NCBI GenBank assembly: GCA_963733295.1
Contig: CAVTCS010000003.1
Span: forward strand, 864,001-928,000
DNA from: Vulcanimicrobiota bacterium
GTDB lineage: Bacteria > Vulcanimicrobiota > Vulcanimicrobiia > Vulcanimicrobiales > Vulcanimicrobiaceae
Reading direction: 5' to 3'
DNA: 64,000 nucleotides
Shown: positions 29,964 to 39,215 of the stretch, piece by piece
Layout: each line of letters starts with the position of its first letter
Position numbering within the stretch: position 1 is the stretch's first letter
Made by a program: the position numbers and the translations under genes
The notes under the pieces: model-generated
The model's input: only the letters and a program-made list of their open reading frames with translations
Told to the model about the DNA's origin: nothing
Databases searched by the model: none

Positions 29964-31025
29964 ATGGCTCAAGATGAGAAGACGATTGCCCTGAACAACG
30001 CGCTCGCACAAATCGAGCGGCAGTTCGGCAAGGGCGCCATCATGAAGATGGGCGATCTGACGGAACGGATGGCCTACGACGTCATCTCGACCGGTTCGAT
30101 CGCGCTGGACCTCGCACTCGGCGTCGGGGGATTGCCGCGCGGCCGCGTCGTTGAGATCTACGGTCCCGAATCGAGCGGTAAGACGACGCTGGCGTTGCAC
30201 GTCATCGCCGAAGCGCAGCGCGCCGGCGGTACGGCGGCTTTCGTCGACGTCGAACATGCGCTCGACCCCGGTTACGCTTCGGCCCTCGGCGTCGATCTCG
30301 ACTCGCTGCTGGTTTCGCAGCCCGATACCGGCGAACAGGCCCTCGATATCGCGGAGATGCTGGTGCGCAGTAACGCGGTCGACGTCGTTGTCGTCGACTC
30401 GGTCGCGGCGCTCGTGACCAAAGCCGAACTCGAAGGCGACATGGGCGACGCGCACGTCGGCCTCCAGGCACGGCTGATGTCGCAGGCTCTGCGCAAACTT
30501 ACCGCTGCGATCTCGCGCTCGAAGTGCGTGATGATCTTCATCAACCAGCTGCGAGAAAAAGTCGGCGTCATGTTCGGTAGTCCCGAGACGACGTCGGGTG
30601 GCCGCGCGCTGAAGTTCTACGCGTCGGTGCGCTTGGACGTACGAAAGCTCGAACAGATCAAGGTCGGCCAGGAAGTCGTCGGAACGCGCACGCGCGTCAA
30701 AGTGGTCAAGAACAAGGTCGCGCCGCCGTTCCGCCAAGCGGAGTTCGATATTACCTACGGCAAGGGAATCTCAAAGATGGGTTCCATTCTCGATGTCGCT
30801 CTCGAGCGCAATATCGTCGGGAAGAGCGGCTCGTGGTATACCTACGGCGATATCCGCATCGGTCAGGGTCGTGAGAACTCCAAGGCGTATCTCGAGGAAC
30901 ACTCGGATCTCGCCGACGAGTTATCGGCGAAGATTCGCGAGGCGCTCAAAGCGACGGTTTCGACGAACGGAAGCGTTGCGGTGCTGGCCGCGACGACCTC
31001 CCAGGCCGCCGGCGACGAGGAATAG
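29964..31025 (+). CDS. recA: Recombinase RecA
   Basis: [20 protein letters not shown] and [12 protein letters not shown]. Confidence 0.98.
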   Translation: MAQDEKTIALNNALAQIERQFGKGAIMKMGDLTERMAYDVISTGSIALDLALGVGGLPRGRVVEIYGPESSGKTTLALHVIAEAQRAGGTAAFVDVEHALDPGYASALGVDLDSLLVSQPDTGEQALDIAEMLVRSNAVDVVVVDSVAALVTKAELEGDMGDAHVGLQARLMSQALRKLTAAISRSKCVMIFINQLREKVGVMFGSPETTSGGRALKFYASVRLDVRKLEQIKVGQEVVGTRTRVKVVKNKVAPPFRQAEFDITYGKGISKMGSILDVALERNIVGKSGSWYTYGDIRIGQGRENSKAYLEEHSDLADELSAKIREALKATVSTNGSVAVLAATTSQAAGDEE

Positions 31026-31065
31026 CGCCCCGCCCCGTGCGCCGGCGCGCCTCGCCGCCCTGCGC

Positions 31066-31509
31066 ATGCTGGCACAGCGGCGTCTGACCGAAGCCCAGCT
31101 CTTTGCGGGTCTCTTGCGCAAAGGCTACGACGCCGAGAGCGTCGCCGCGACGATCGAACGGTGCAAGGCGGAGGGCTACGTCGACGACCGGCTCTTCGCC
31201 AAGCTGTTCGTAGAAGGCCGCATCAGGGCGCTGGGCAATGCGCGCCTGGTCGCCGAACTCGTGACTCGGGGAATCGCGCGCGAGGCCGCCCTCGAGAGCG
31301 TCACGACGACCGATCGGGGTGAAGAGGTGCGCCTCGCTCAGGCTATCGACAAGCTGTTCCGTACGCGGCCCCAACTCAGCTATCCAAGCGCGGCTCGCGC
31401 GCTCGAACGGCTGGGCTTTCCGGCGGCGGCAATCTATCGCCGGCTGCGCCATCACGTTATCGCCAATGGTGATCTCTTGGCCGAGGATTACGGTCGCAAG
31501 CAAGCGTAG
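31066..31509 (+). CDS. recX: Regulatory protein RecX (start uncertain)
   Basis: Follows recA; LRKGY...GYVDDRLFA...ELVTRGI...LERLGF. Confidence 0.8.
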   Translation: MLAQRRLTEAQLFAGLLRKGYDAESVAATIERCKAEGYVDDRLFAKLFVEGRIRALGNARLVAELVTRGIAREAALESVTTTDRGEEVRLAQAIDKLFRTRPQLSYPSAARALERLGFPAAAIYRRLRHHVIANGDLLAEDYGRKQA

Positions 31510-32837
31510 TGTCGTGCATGCGGTCTCTCGTCGCGGCGCTTATCGCAGCGACCGTTCTGGTCTGCGCGATGTTGCCGGGGAACGCCGTCGAACTCGAGAC
31601 GATCGCGCGCGCAGCCTCCGAATATCACAATCCGAACGCGCGCCTGGAAGAGATGTACCGGGCGGCGCTGATCAACACGAGCCGGCAGGCCGTCTTTGCA
31701 CCGGACGGGACCGCCTACGTCAAAACCGGCGACATTCCGGCGGAATGGCTGCGGGATGCCAGCGCTCAGGTCCGTCCGTATCTGTTCTTCGCGAAGACCG
31801 ACCCGCAGGTCGCGGCCCTGCTGCGCGGCATCATCGCGCGCGAGGGCAAGTACCTGCAGATCGATCCCTACGCGAACGCCTTCACCCTCGACTACCGGGT
31901 CTGGGAAGAGAAGTTCGAGCTCGACTCCCTCTGCTATCCGATCGTGCTGGCGTGGTCGTATTGGAAGGCGACCGGCGACACCTCGATTTTCACCGGCGAC
32001 TTGTCGCTCGGTTTCGATAAGGCGCTCGAGACGATGGAACGCGAGCAAGATCACGCGCGCAACTCCAAATACACCCACAAGGAGCTCCACGACGACAAGG
32101 GCACGTCGGGTGTTCCCCGCCCGGTGGGTTACACGGGCATGATCTGGACCGGTTTCCGGCCTTCCGACGATGCCTGCCAATACAACTATTTGATCCCTTC
32201 GGAGATGATGGCCGTCGTCGCCTTGGGCGATCTCGACGAGATCGAGCGGACCGTTTACCGGAACCTCATCAAGTCGAACCGCGCCCGTACGATGCGCTCG
32301 GAGGTTCAGGACGGGATCCAGAAGTACGGCGAGATATTCACGCCGAACTACGGCTACATCTACGCCTACGAGGTCGATGGGCTCGGCAACTCGACCCTGA
32401 TGGACGACGCGAACATCCCGAGCCTGCTCTCGGCGCCCTACATCGGCTACACCAAAGCGGACAGCTTCGTCTACAAGAACACCCGGCGCTTCTTGCTCTC
32501 GAAGGACGATCCGTACTACTACATCGGCTCGATCGCGCGCGGCATCGGAAGCGCCCATACGAACGATGGGTACGTCTGGCCGCTGGCGCTGGTGGTGCAG
32601 GGTCTCACGGCGACCTCGGACAGCGAGCGCAAAGACGTACTCGACCAGCTCCTGGCGAGCGACCCGGGCGACCACTTGTTGCACGAGTCCTTCGATCCGA
32701 ACAACCCCACGAAATTCACCCGGGCGGACTTCGGTTGGCCGAACGCGCTGTTCAGCGAATTCGTCATGACCTACCTGAACGGCGTGCCACCGCTTCCGAT
32801 GGGAAATACGAGCGATCTCGAGTTTCGTGGCGAGTAA
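31509..32837 (+). CDS. Glycoside hydrolase family 125 protein with signal peptide
   Basis: TGDIPAEWLRDA, EEKFELDSLCY, FRPSDD, YAYEVDG, MDDANIPSLL and FGWPNALF. Confidence 0.9.
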   Translation: MSCMRSLVAALIAATVLVCAMLPGNAVELETIARAASEYHNPNARLEEMYRAALINTSRQAVFAPDGTAYVKTGDIPAEWLRDASAQVRPYLFFAKTDPQVAALLRGIIAREGKYLQIDPYANAFTLDYRVWEEKFELDSLCYPIVLAWSYWKATGDTSIFTGDLSLGFDKALETMEREQDHARNSKYTHKELHDDKGTSGVPRPVGYTGMIWTGFRPSDDACQYNYLIPSEMMAVVALGDLDEIERTVYRNLIKSNRARTMRSEVQDGIQKYGEIFTPNYGYIYAYEVDGLGNSTLMDDANIPSLLSAPYIGYTKADSFVYKNTRRFLLSKDDPYYYIGSIARGIGSAHTNDGYVWPLALVVQGLTATSDSERKDVLDQLLASDPGDHLLHESFDPNNPTKFTRADFGWPNALFSEFVMTYLNGVPPLPMGNTSDLEFRGE

Positions 32838-34104
32838 CGCCACGATCCAAAACAAGGCCGACCTCGTTCTCGGCGTTCAATGGGGCGACGAAGGCAAGGG
32901 CCGCGTCGTGGATGCGTACGCCGGCGACTATGACGTCGTCGCGCGCTTCGGAGGTGGCGACAACGCGGGTCATACGCTGGTCGTGGGCGACCGGAAGATG
33001 GCGCTGCGGATCGTCCCCAGTGGCGTACTGCGCGAGCGGCCGGAGCTGTTCATCGGCGGTGGTACCGTCGTGAGCCTGCCCGGACTCGTGGCCGAACTCG
33101 ACATGCTCGCTGCCGCAGGCGTCGACCTCGCGCGTATCAAGATCTCCGATCGCGCGCACCTCGTCCTGCCGTATCATCCGGCGCTCGATCGAGTTTCGGA
33201 ACGTTCGCGGGGACAAGCCGCGATCGGGACGACCGGCCGGGGGATCGGTCCCGCCTATGCCGACAAGGCCGCGCGTCTCGGCGTTACTTTCGGCGATCTG
33301 TCGCACACCGACCGGCTTCTCGATACGATTCGCGCGACCGCGCGCTGGCACGCGATGCGCTTCGAAGGCGAAGACGGCGCCGGCACCGACGCCGCCATCC
33401 TCGAGGTCCTCAACGCTGCTCCGCGCGTCATTCCTCACGTCGTCGACGGCGTCGAGTATCTGCACGAGAAGCTCGAAAGCGGCCGGCGCATCTTGGTCGA
33501 GGGCGCGCAAGGAACGCTCCTGGACGTCGGTTTCGGCACCTATCCGTTCGTTACGAGCTCGCATACGATCGCGGGCGGCGCCTGCATCGGTTTAGGTCTC
33601 GGCCCCACGCAAATCGGACGCGTCGTCGGCGTGGCCAAGGCCTACTCGACGCGGGTCGGCAGCGGTCCGTTTCCGTCCGAACTGCACGATGCGACCGGAG
33701 AGCGGATGCGCGAGCGCGGGGGCGAGTTCGGCACGAACACGGGGCGGCCGCGGCGCTGCGGCTGGTTCGACGGCATCGCGGCGCGCTACGCCTCGCGGAT
33801 CAACGGGCTCACCTCGGTCGTCATCACCAAACTCGACGTCCTAACCGGTATCGAGCGCCTGGGCATCGTCACCGCGTACAAGCTCGAAGGCCGGAACGCC
33901 GGATTTTCCGCCGCCGCGGAACCGGGTCTCGAGCCGCACATCGAATGGTTCGACGGCTGGAGCGAAGATCTCGCAGGGGTTCGCCGCATCGGCGAATTGC
34001 CGCAGTCTGCGCGACGTTACGTCGAAGCGCTCGCGGCGAGCTTCGGCGTTGCGGTCGAAGCGGTTTCCGTCGGTCCCGAGCGCGCCTCGCTCGCGCTCGC
34101 GTAA
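32827..34104 (+). CDS. purA: Adenylosuccinate synthetase
   Basis: QWGDEGKG, GTTGRGIGPAY and GRPRRCGW. Confidence 0.97.
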   Translation: MASNATIQNKADLVLGVQWGDEGKGRVVDAYAGDYDVVARFGGGDNAGHTLVVGDRKMALRIVPSGVLRERPELFIGGGTVVSLPGLVAELDMLAAAGVDLARIKISDRAHLVLPYHPALDRVSERSRGQAAIGTTGRGIGPAYADKAARLGVTFGDLSHTDRLLDTIRATARWHAMRFEGEDGAGTDAAILEVLNAAPRVIPHVVDGVEYLHEKLESGRRILVEGAQGTLLDVGFGTYPFVTSSHTIAGGACIGLGLGPTQIGRVVGVAKAYSTRVGSGPFPSELHDATGERMRERGGEFGTNTGRPRRCGWFDGIAARYASRINGLTSVVITKLDVLTGIERLGIVTAYKLEGRNAGFSAAAEPGLEPHIEWFDGWSEDLAGVRRIGELPQSARRYVEALAASFGVAVEAVSVGPERASLALA

Positions 34105-34119
34105 AGCCGCCGCCGTCCG

Positions 34120-34752
34120 CTAGGTCGGCGAAGTGATAACGCGCAGTAGCAGGCCGAACACGATCGCCACCGCGAGGTAGGGCGCGAAGGCCATCGGTTC
34201 GGTTCGACGTCCCCGGATCCAGCCGACCGCAACGAGCGCGAGACAAGCTGCGGCAAACGTCAAGAGCGAGAGTTGGAAGCCGAGGACCGCACCGCCCAGA
34301 GCTGCGAGCTTGCTGTCGCCCCAACCCATGCCGCGTCCCTTTGAAAGGAGCGCTGCCAGAGCGAAGGGCAAGAACGCGGCGATCGTCGACCAGAGCAACG
34401 CCCATGTAAACTCACGCTGCACGAAGGCGGCTACGACGACGACGCCGAGCGGAATGAGGGTGAAGTAGTCGGGGATGAAGCCGAACGCAACGTCGCTGTA
34501 CCACGCCGCGCAGAGCGAAATGCAGACGAAACCGAGGAGCGCAAAGGGAATCACTGCCACCCCGTGCGAGGCCAGCAATGCGCCGACGAGCGCGCTGCAG
34601 ACCGCGAGTCCTAGCGAGAGCTTTTGAGTCTGCTTCGGATCGGGATCCTCACGCTTGCGTGGAGACCGCGATCCGATGGCGGCACTCAATTGCATTCCGA
34701 GGAACGAGGCGCTACCGAAGACTATCGCCGAGATGATGATCGATAGGAGCAT
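34120..34752 (-). CDS. A24 prepilin peptidase (TadV-like), cassette B
   Basis: WYSDVAFGFIPD, GMGWGDSKL and AFAPYL. Confidence 0.85.
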   Translation of the reverse strand: MLLSIIISAIVFGSASFLGMQLSAAIGSRSPRKREDPDPKQTQKLSLGLAVCSALVGALLASHGVAVIPFALLGFVCISLCAAWYSDVAFGFIPDYFTLIPLGVVVVAAFVQREFTWALLWSTIAAFLPFALAALLSKGRGMGWGDSKLAALGGAVLGFQLSLLTFAAACLALVAVGWIRGRRTEPMAFAPYLAVAIVFGLLLRVITSPT

Positions 34753-34771
34753 TCGGTTAGCGCCTCATTCC

Positions 34772-35959
34772 TTAGAACCAGCTACCGTTCGGTGACGTTT
34801 GAGTCGGAGCCGGCGTCGGCGGTACTGGGGACGCGGTCGGAGCCGGGCTGGCGGTCGCCGTCGGGGCCGGGCTGGCGGTCGGCGCCGGCGACGCGGTGTG
34901 CGTCGGCGACGGTACCGGGCTGGCGGTCGGGTGTGGCGACGGGCTGTGGGTCGCGGTCGGGACCGCCGTCGGAGTCGCGGTGTGCACGGCCGTCGCCGTC
35001 GGTGCCGGACTCGGGCTGTGGCTTGGAGTTGCCGTTCCGTGCGCCGTCGGGGTCGGGGTCGGCGTCGGCGACGCGATCGTGGTCGGCGTCGCGCTCGGCT
35101 TCGGCGACGCGGTCGGCTTCGGCGTCGCGGTCGGCTTCGGCGTCGGGCTCGCGGTCGGAACCGGCGAGGCGGTCGGAACCGGCGAGGCGGTCGGAACCGG
35201 CGAGGCGGTGGGTTTGGGACTCGCACTCGGCGACGGGCTCGGCGACGGACTCGGCGACGGGCTCGGGGTCGGTGTGGGCGACGCCAGTCCTGGCGGAGGC
35301 GAGAACGTGAGACAGGTTCCAGGGGTCGCGAGCGGCTCGACGGCCGGGACGCTTTGCGGCATTTGGGTCGGAGCCGAGGTTGGCGAGGTCGTATCGTACT
35401 CGCCTTCGAGTGAGCTTTGAACGCTCGTACCTAAGCCGGCACACTCGGCCAGCGTGGCCACGTCGGGCGAACGGAAGAAATTCTGCAGGGCGCTGTTCGA
35501 GCTCGTCGACGCGCCGAGGACGTTGGCCATGTAGCCGCCGTTGGCGGTGGTCGAACTGATCAGCGCGGCGTTGTCTTGCACCATGACCGGCTCGTAGTAG
35601 GACTCGGGGCTCGATACGGTGACATCGTTTGCGAAGCAGTCCGGTGACGGGGCAGTAGCGGGAGCGAAGAAAGCGGCGCGCGGACCGGCGCCGTCCGTAA
35701 CGCTTTGTGAAGCCACCTGACAGTTGGTCTGTTTGGTCGGCGGCTTGCCGTCGATGGTGGCATAGAGTGCGTAAAGTGAGTAGGAGGCGTAGGGGTTGTC
35801 GAGCTGCGAGACGACGCCGCCGTAGCGGACGCCCATCTGCACGCGCTCGCTCATCGCTCCTTCGCGCACCGCCCACATAACGCCGAACAGGCCGAGGAGG
35901 AAAAGCGGCAACGCGATGGTTGTCTCGGTAAGGGCTTGGCCGCGAGCGAAACGTTTCAT
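34772..35959 (-). CDS. TadE-like pseudopilin with Pro/Thr/Ser-rich C-terminal stalk, cassette B
   Basis: RG|QALTETTIALPLF; long PT/PS repeats; ends SWF. Confidence 0.75.
   Translation of the reverse strand: MKRFARGQALTETTIALPLFLLGLFGVMWAVREGAMSERVQMGVRYGGVVSQLDNPYASYSLYALYATIDGKPPTKQTNCQVASQSVTDGAGPRAAFFAPATAPSPDCFANDVTVSSPESYYEPVMVQDNAALISSTTANGGYMANVLGASTSSNSALQNFFRSPDVATLAECAGLGTSVQSSLEGEYDTTSPTSAPTQMPQSVPAVEPLATPGTCLTFSPPPGLASPTPTPSPSPSPSPSPSPSASPKPTASPVPTASPVPTASPVPTASPTPKPTATPKPTASPKPSATPTTIASPTPTPTPTAHGTATPSHSPSPAPTATAVHTATPTAVPTATHSPSPHPTASPVPSPTHTASPAPTASPAPTATASPAPTASPVPPTPAPTQTSPNGSWF
34790..35285 (-). repeat. Coding Pro/Thr/Ser low-complexity tandem repeats (PTASPV/PTASPA units)
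   Basis: 18-nt units such as GCGGTCGGAACCGGCGAG repeated around 35151-35208. Confidence 0.85.
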
Positions 35960-37017
35960 GATGTCGCCTTGCACGCCGAGCTCAGGTTGATGCTCGAGGC
36001 TGGAGCGAACGGCCTAATCGGAACCGCATTCCACCAGCCGAGGCGGGCGCTCAACTCATCGGTGCTGACGGGTTGGGTGAAGGCGTTGTAAGCGGACCAC
36101 GCGGTGGCGCCGTTGCCGCCAAAGTTGACCAGATACCAGTCGTAGCTCCCGGCGGGCGCTGTCGGATCGTATTTTTCGCTCGGCTGAAAGACGACGTTCG
36201 GGCCGCGAATGCTATCGTAGAGTGAACCTGGTTCGAACCAGTCTTCTTCGAACATGACCGAGGTCGCGGCAGAGCGGCCGATCGCGTAGTACGGTTGGCT
36301 CTTGAAGCTCCAGAAGCTCGGTATCATCGGCTGCACGAGGGCGCAGGCGACGACGTCGACTTGGACCGGAGCGAAGTCGGGGGCTTCGCTGTCTGCGCTG
36401 CCGGAGCACACGCGCCCTAGCCCAGGGACGCAGATTCCCTCCGAATCGTACTTGAGGTCTTGCAGCCCGGTGCGCGGTTGGATCCCGGCGACCGTGTAGG
36501 TGAAGCCGCAGTCGAGCCCAGCGACGCTGATGCTTGTCTTTGGTATCCCCGGCGAGTTGCAGAACGACGAGCTGCTCATGTGCGCCAGCAGCGAGTTGGC
36601 GTCGTTTGACGTTTGCGTCTTAGCCGCAAAAGTTGCGACGTTGTTCAGCTGGGTGACGTCGTCGGTATAACGGTTCACCGCCTGCAAGTAGGCTGTGCGG
36701 AGCGAGGTGTACGTCTGTGGACAGGTCGAGGCTTGCGCGCAACCGCCGGAATTTTCGGAGGCCAGCAAGATGCCGTTGAGCAACCGGCGGATCCGGTACT
36801 CTTCGATGTTGGCGGCGTACAACTCCATCATCATCATGTTCCAGCGCTCAGTCTGGACCGTCAGGACCGCCTGCGCGGCGGCGTCGGCAGCGCTCTGAGC
36901 GCGAACCTGCCAGCGGATGACGTTACCGTAGTTCAAGGCCATGAACATCAAAACGAAGGTCGTCATGATGGCCACGACCCAAAGCGGCAGAACCTGACCG
37001 CGCGAATCGCGACGCAT
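35956..37017 (-). CDS. TadG-like pseudopilin, cassette B
   Basis: RG|QVLPLWVV...NYGNVIRWQVRAQSAADAAA Tad N-terminal domain. Confidence 0.78.
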   Translation of the reverse strand: MRRDSRGQVLPLWVVAIMTTFVLMFMALNYGNVIRWQVRAQSAADAAAQAVLTVQTERWNMMMMELYAANIEEYRIRRLLNGILLASENSGGCAQASTCPQTYTSLRTAYLQAVNRYTDDVTQLNNVATFAAKTQTSNDANSLLAHMSSSSFCNSPGIPKTSISVAGLDCGFTYTVAGIQPRTGLQDLKYDSEGICVPGLGRVCSGSADSEAPDFAPVQVDVVACALVQPMIPSFWSFKSQPYYAIGRSAATSVMFEEDWFEPGSLYDSIRGPNVVFQPSEKYDPTAPAGSYDWYLVNFGGNGATAWSAYNAFTQPVSTDELSARLGWWNAVPIRPFAPASSINLSSACKATS

Positions 37018-38114
37018 TAGCAGCCACTCCATGGGTACATAGGTGCGGCTCCCGGTCCTGGATAGGTCCCGGGGTTCGGATAGCCGCCGTTGATCTCGCG
37101 ATCCCACGAATAGATCGTTTGGATTGCGCTGTTCGTCGTTGAATCGAAACCGTTAAAGGCCGTGAAGCTCGAGACCGGGCCCGTCGTCCCGTCGGGCAGC
37201 GTACCGGTCGTATTGTGCGTTAGCGTGACCGGCATGAGGCCGTTGTTGCGGTACAGCGTCGGCAGGTCAGGATTATTGACCAGGAACGCCGAGATCGTTG
37301 CGAAGTAACGCTGATGACAGGCCATCTGGGTGAACGTGCTGGCGTCGGAGCCGCCGGCCGCGGTGCCGCCCCACGAACCCGAAACAGCTGAGCCGCCCTG
37401 GTCGATCGGCACGCTCCAGTTCGAATCGTCGAGATGTTCCGCGACTCCCAGAGCGCTGAAATCTTGATTCGAACAGGTCGCGGCCGTCCACGGCATGGTG
37501 TCCGAGCAGTTCTCGATCTCGTTGAAGCCCACGTAGTACGGCGGCACGTTCTCGCCGTTCGAGAAGTAGTTGACCTGCATGTTCGAAGCGGTCGAGCCGT
37601 AGTTCAAGTTTGCGACGTCGAAATGCGCGCCGTTCTCGAGCCACTGCGGTTCGATCATCGAGCCGCTTACGCCGATCGGCACGCCGAGCAGCGAAACGAC
37701 GTTCGATTTCGAAGCCATCGACTGCATCTGCGAGGGCTGCATGATTGAGGCGCCGCCGTGCCGGTTCGAGGACGAGGCGGCGACGACGACCGGATTGGAG
37801 TCGTTGTAGCCGTAGTCGACGTAGATCGTCGGACTGGGTGCCGGCAGCACCGAGGTCGTGATGCAAGTCGGGCAGTTGAACTGCGGGAAGATTGCTTGCG
37901 TCGCGGTTTCCGGAGTTCCGCTCGAAACGCCGATGACGCTCTGGTGCGCGTTGACGAACGATGCGGCGTCGGCAGTCATTTGCAGATAGCCGACGATGCC
38001 GATCTGAACGGCGCCCAGGACCATGACCAAAACGACACCGACTACGAGCGCCGTCTCGACGAGAGCGGCGCCGCGGATTGGGTGGTTACGTCGTGCTTGT
38101 TTGCGTATCTTCAT
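37017..38114 (-). CDS. TadE-like pseudopilin with large Cys-containing domain, cassette B
   Basis: RG|AALVETALVVGVVL; ends in Cys. Confidence 0.75.
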   Translation of the reverse strand: MKIRKQARRNHPIRGAALVETALVVGVVLVMVLGAVQIGIVGYLQMTADAASFVNAHQSVIGVSSGTPETATQAIFPQFNCPTCITTSVLPAPSPTIYVDYGYNDSNPVVVAASSSNRHGGASIMQPSQMQSMASKSNVVSLLGVPIGVSGSMIEPQWLENGAHFDVANLNYGSTASNMQVNYFSNGENVPPYYVGFNEIENCSDTMPWTAATCSNQDFSALGVAEHLDDSNWSVPIDQGGSAVSGSWGGTAAGGSDASTFTQMACHQRYFATISAFLVNNPDLPTLYRNNGLMPVTLTHNTTGTLPDGTTGPVSSFTAFNGFDSTTNSAIQTIYSWDREINGGYPNPGTYPGPGAAPMYPWSGC

Positions 38115-38120
38115 GCCGGC

Positions 38121-38339
38121 CTACATCGGATTCAGGGAAGCGTTGCTGAGACTGGTCTCTTGGGTCGTCACCGACGTGCTGGTGATCGTCGCCAAAATTG
38201 CAAAACCCGTGATCGCGATTATGGAGAACACCGAAAGGATGAGCGCGAATTCTGCGATCTCTTGGCCGCCCTCGTCAATCGAGAACGCGAGAATGCGGCG
38301 TGCGAAATCGGTATCGAACATCCGAACGTTTGCTCCCAT
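38121..38339 (-). CDS. Flp-like pilin (atypical), cassette B
   Basis: DEGG|QEIAEFALILSVFSIIA. Confidence 0.75.
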   Translation of the reverse strand: MGANVRMFDTDFARRILAFSIDEGGQEIAEFALILSVFSIIAITGFAILATITSTSVTTQETSLSNASLNPM

Positions 38340-38554
38340 ATTCTCTATAGTTCGGACGGATTATATCGCACCGCTAGGTTGCAGAAGTGTGCGCTAAGCG
38401 TGTGAGATGCGCGGCACATCCCTATGGCGCAAAACTAATTTATCTATGCTTGCGCTCACAGGTAGAGCGCGTGCGTATGCGACCCATCACAGCGCAAAGC
38501 GAGCGCAGTGTGATCGAACTCCGCGCGCGTTTAACGCGGCGAAAAGCGAGCGAC

Positions 38555-39193
38555 TTACGTCGTCGAGATGATGACGCGCGCGAGCACGCCGAGCACGATC
38601 GCGACGGCGAGATACGGAGCGAACGCGAGCGGTTGATTCCGCCGTCCGCGAATCCAGCCGACCGCGACGAGCGCTAAGCAAGCCGCGGCGAAGGTCAGGA
38701 GCGCCGGCAGGATGCCGAGCACCGCGCCGCCGAGAGCCGCGAGCTTGCTGTCGCTCCAGCCCATGCCGCGGCCTTTCGAAAGCGCCGCGGCGATCCCGAA
38801 GGGCAGGAACGGGATCAGGCTGGCCCAGATGAGATTGAACGTGTAGCTGAAGTTACGCTCGAAGAGCGCGACGGCGAGCAGCAGCCCGAGGGGCAGCAGC
38901 GTGAAGTAATCGGGAATGTAGCCGAACGAGGCGTCGCTGTACCAGGCCGCGCAGAGCGAGACGCACACGATGCCGAGCGTCACGAAGGACACGATCGGCA
39001 CCGCGCGCGAGGCCAGCACGCCGCCGATCAAGGCGGTGCACACCGTCAAGACGATCGTCAAGCCCTGAACGCTGCGGGGATCCGCTTCGAGCCGCTTGTG
39101 GCTCGACTTGGACCCCAGCCACTCGCTAAGTTGCATGCCGAGGAAGGCCGCGCAACCGAACACGACCGCCGAGATCAGGATGGAAAGGATCAT
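38555..39193 (-). CDS. A24 prepilin peptidase (TadV-like), cassette A
   Basis: WYSDASFGYIPD, GMGWSDSKL and AFAPYL. Confidence 0.85.
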   Translation of the reverse strand: MILSILISAVVFGCAAFLGMQLSEWLGSKSSHKRLEADPRSVQGLTIVLTVCTALIGGVLASRAVPIVSFVTLGIVCVSLCAAWYSDASFGYIPDYFTLLPLGLLLAVALFERNFSYTFNLIWASLIPFLPFGIAAALSKGRGMGWSDSKLAALGGAVLGILPALLTFAAACLALVAVGWIRGRRNQPLAFAPYLAVAIVLGVLARVIISTT

Positions 39194-39215
39194 CCGGCCG
39201 GCCGAGTGCCTTTAG

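Noticed and set aside
34790..35285. Repeat arrays (also 39228-39600) as CRISPR or non-coding repeats
   Set aside because: No unique spacers or cas genes; units are in-frame Pro/Thr codons within ORFs
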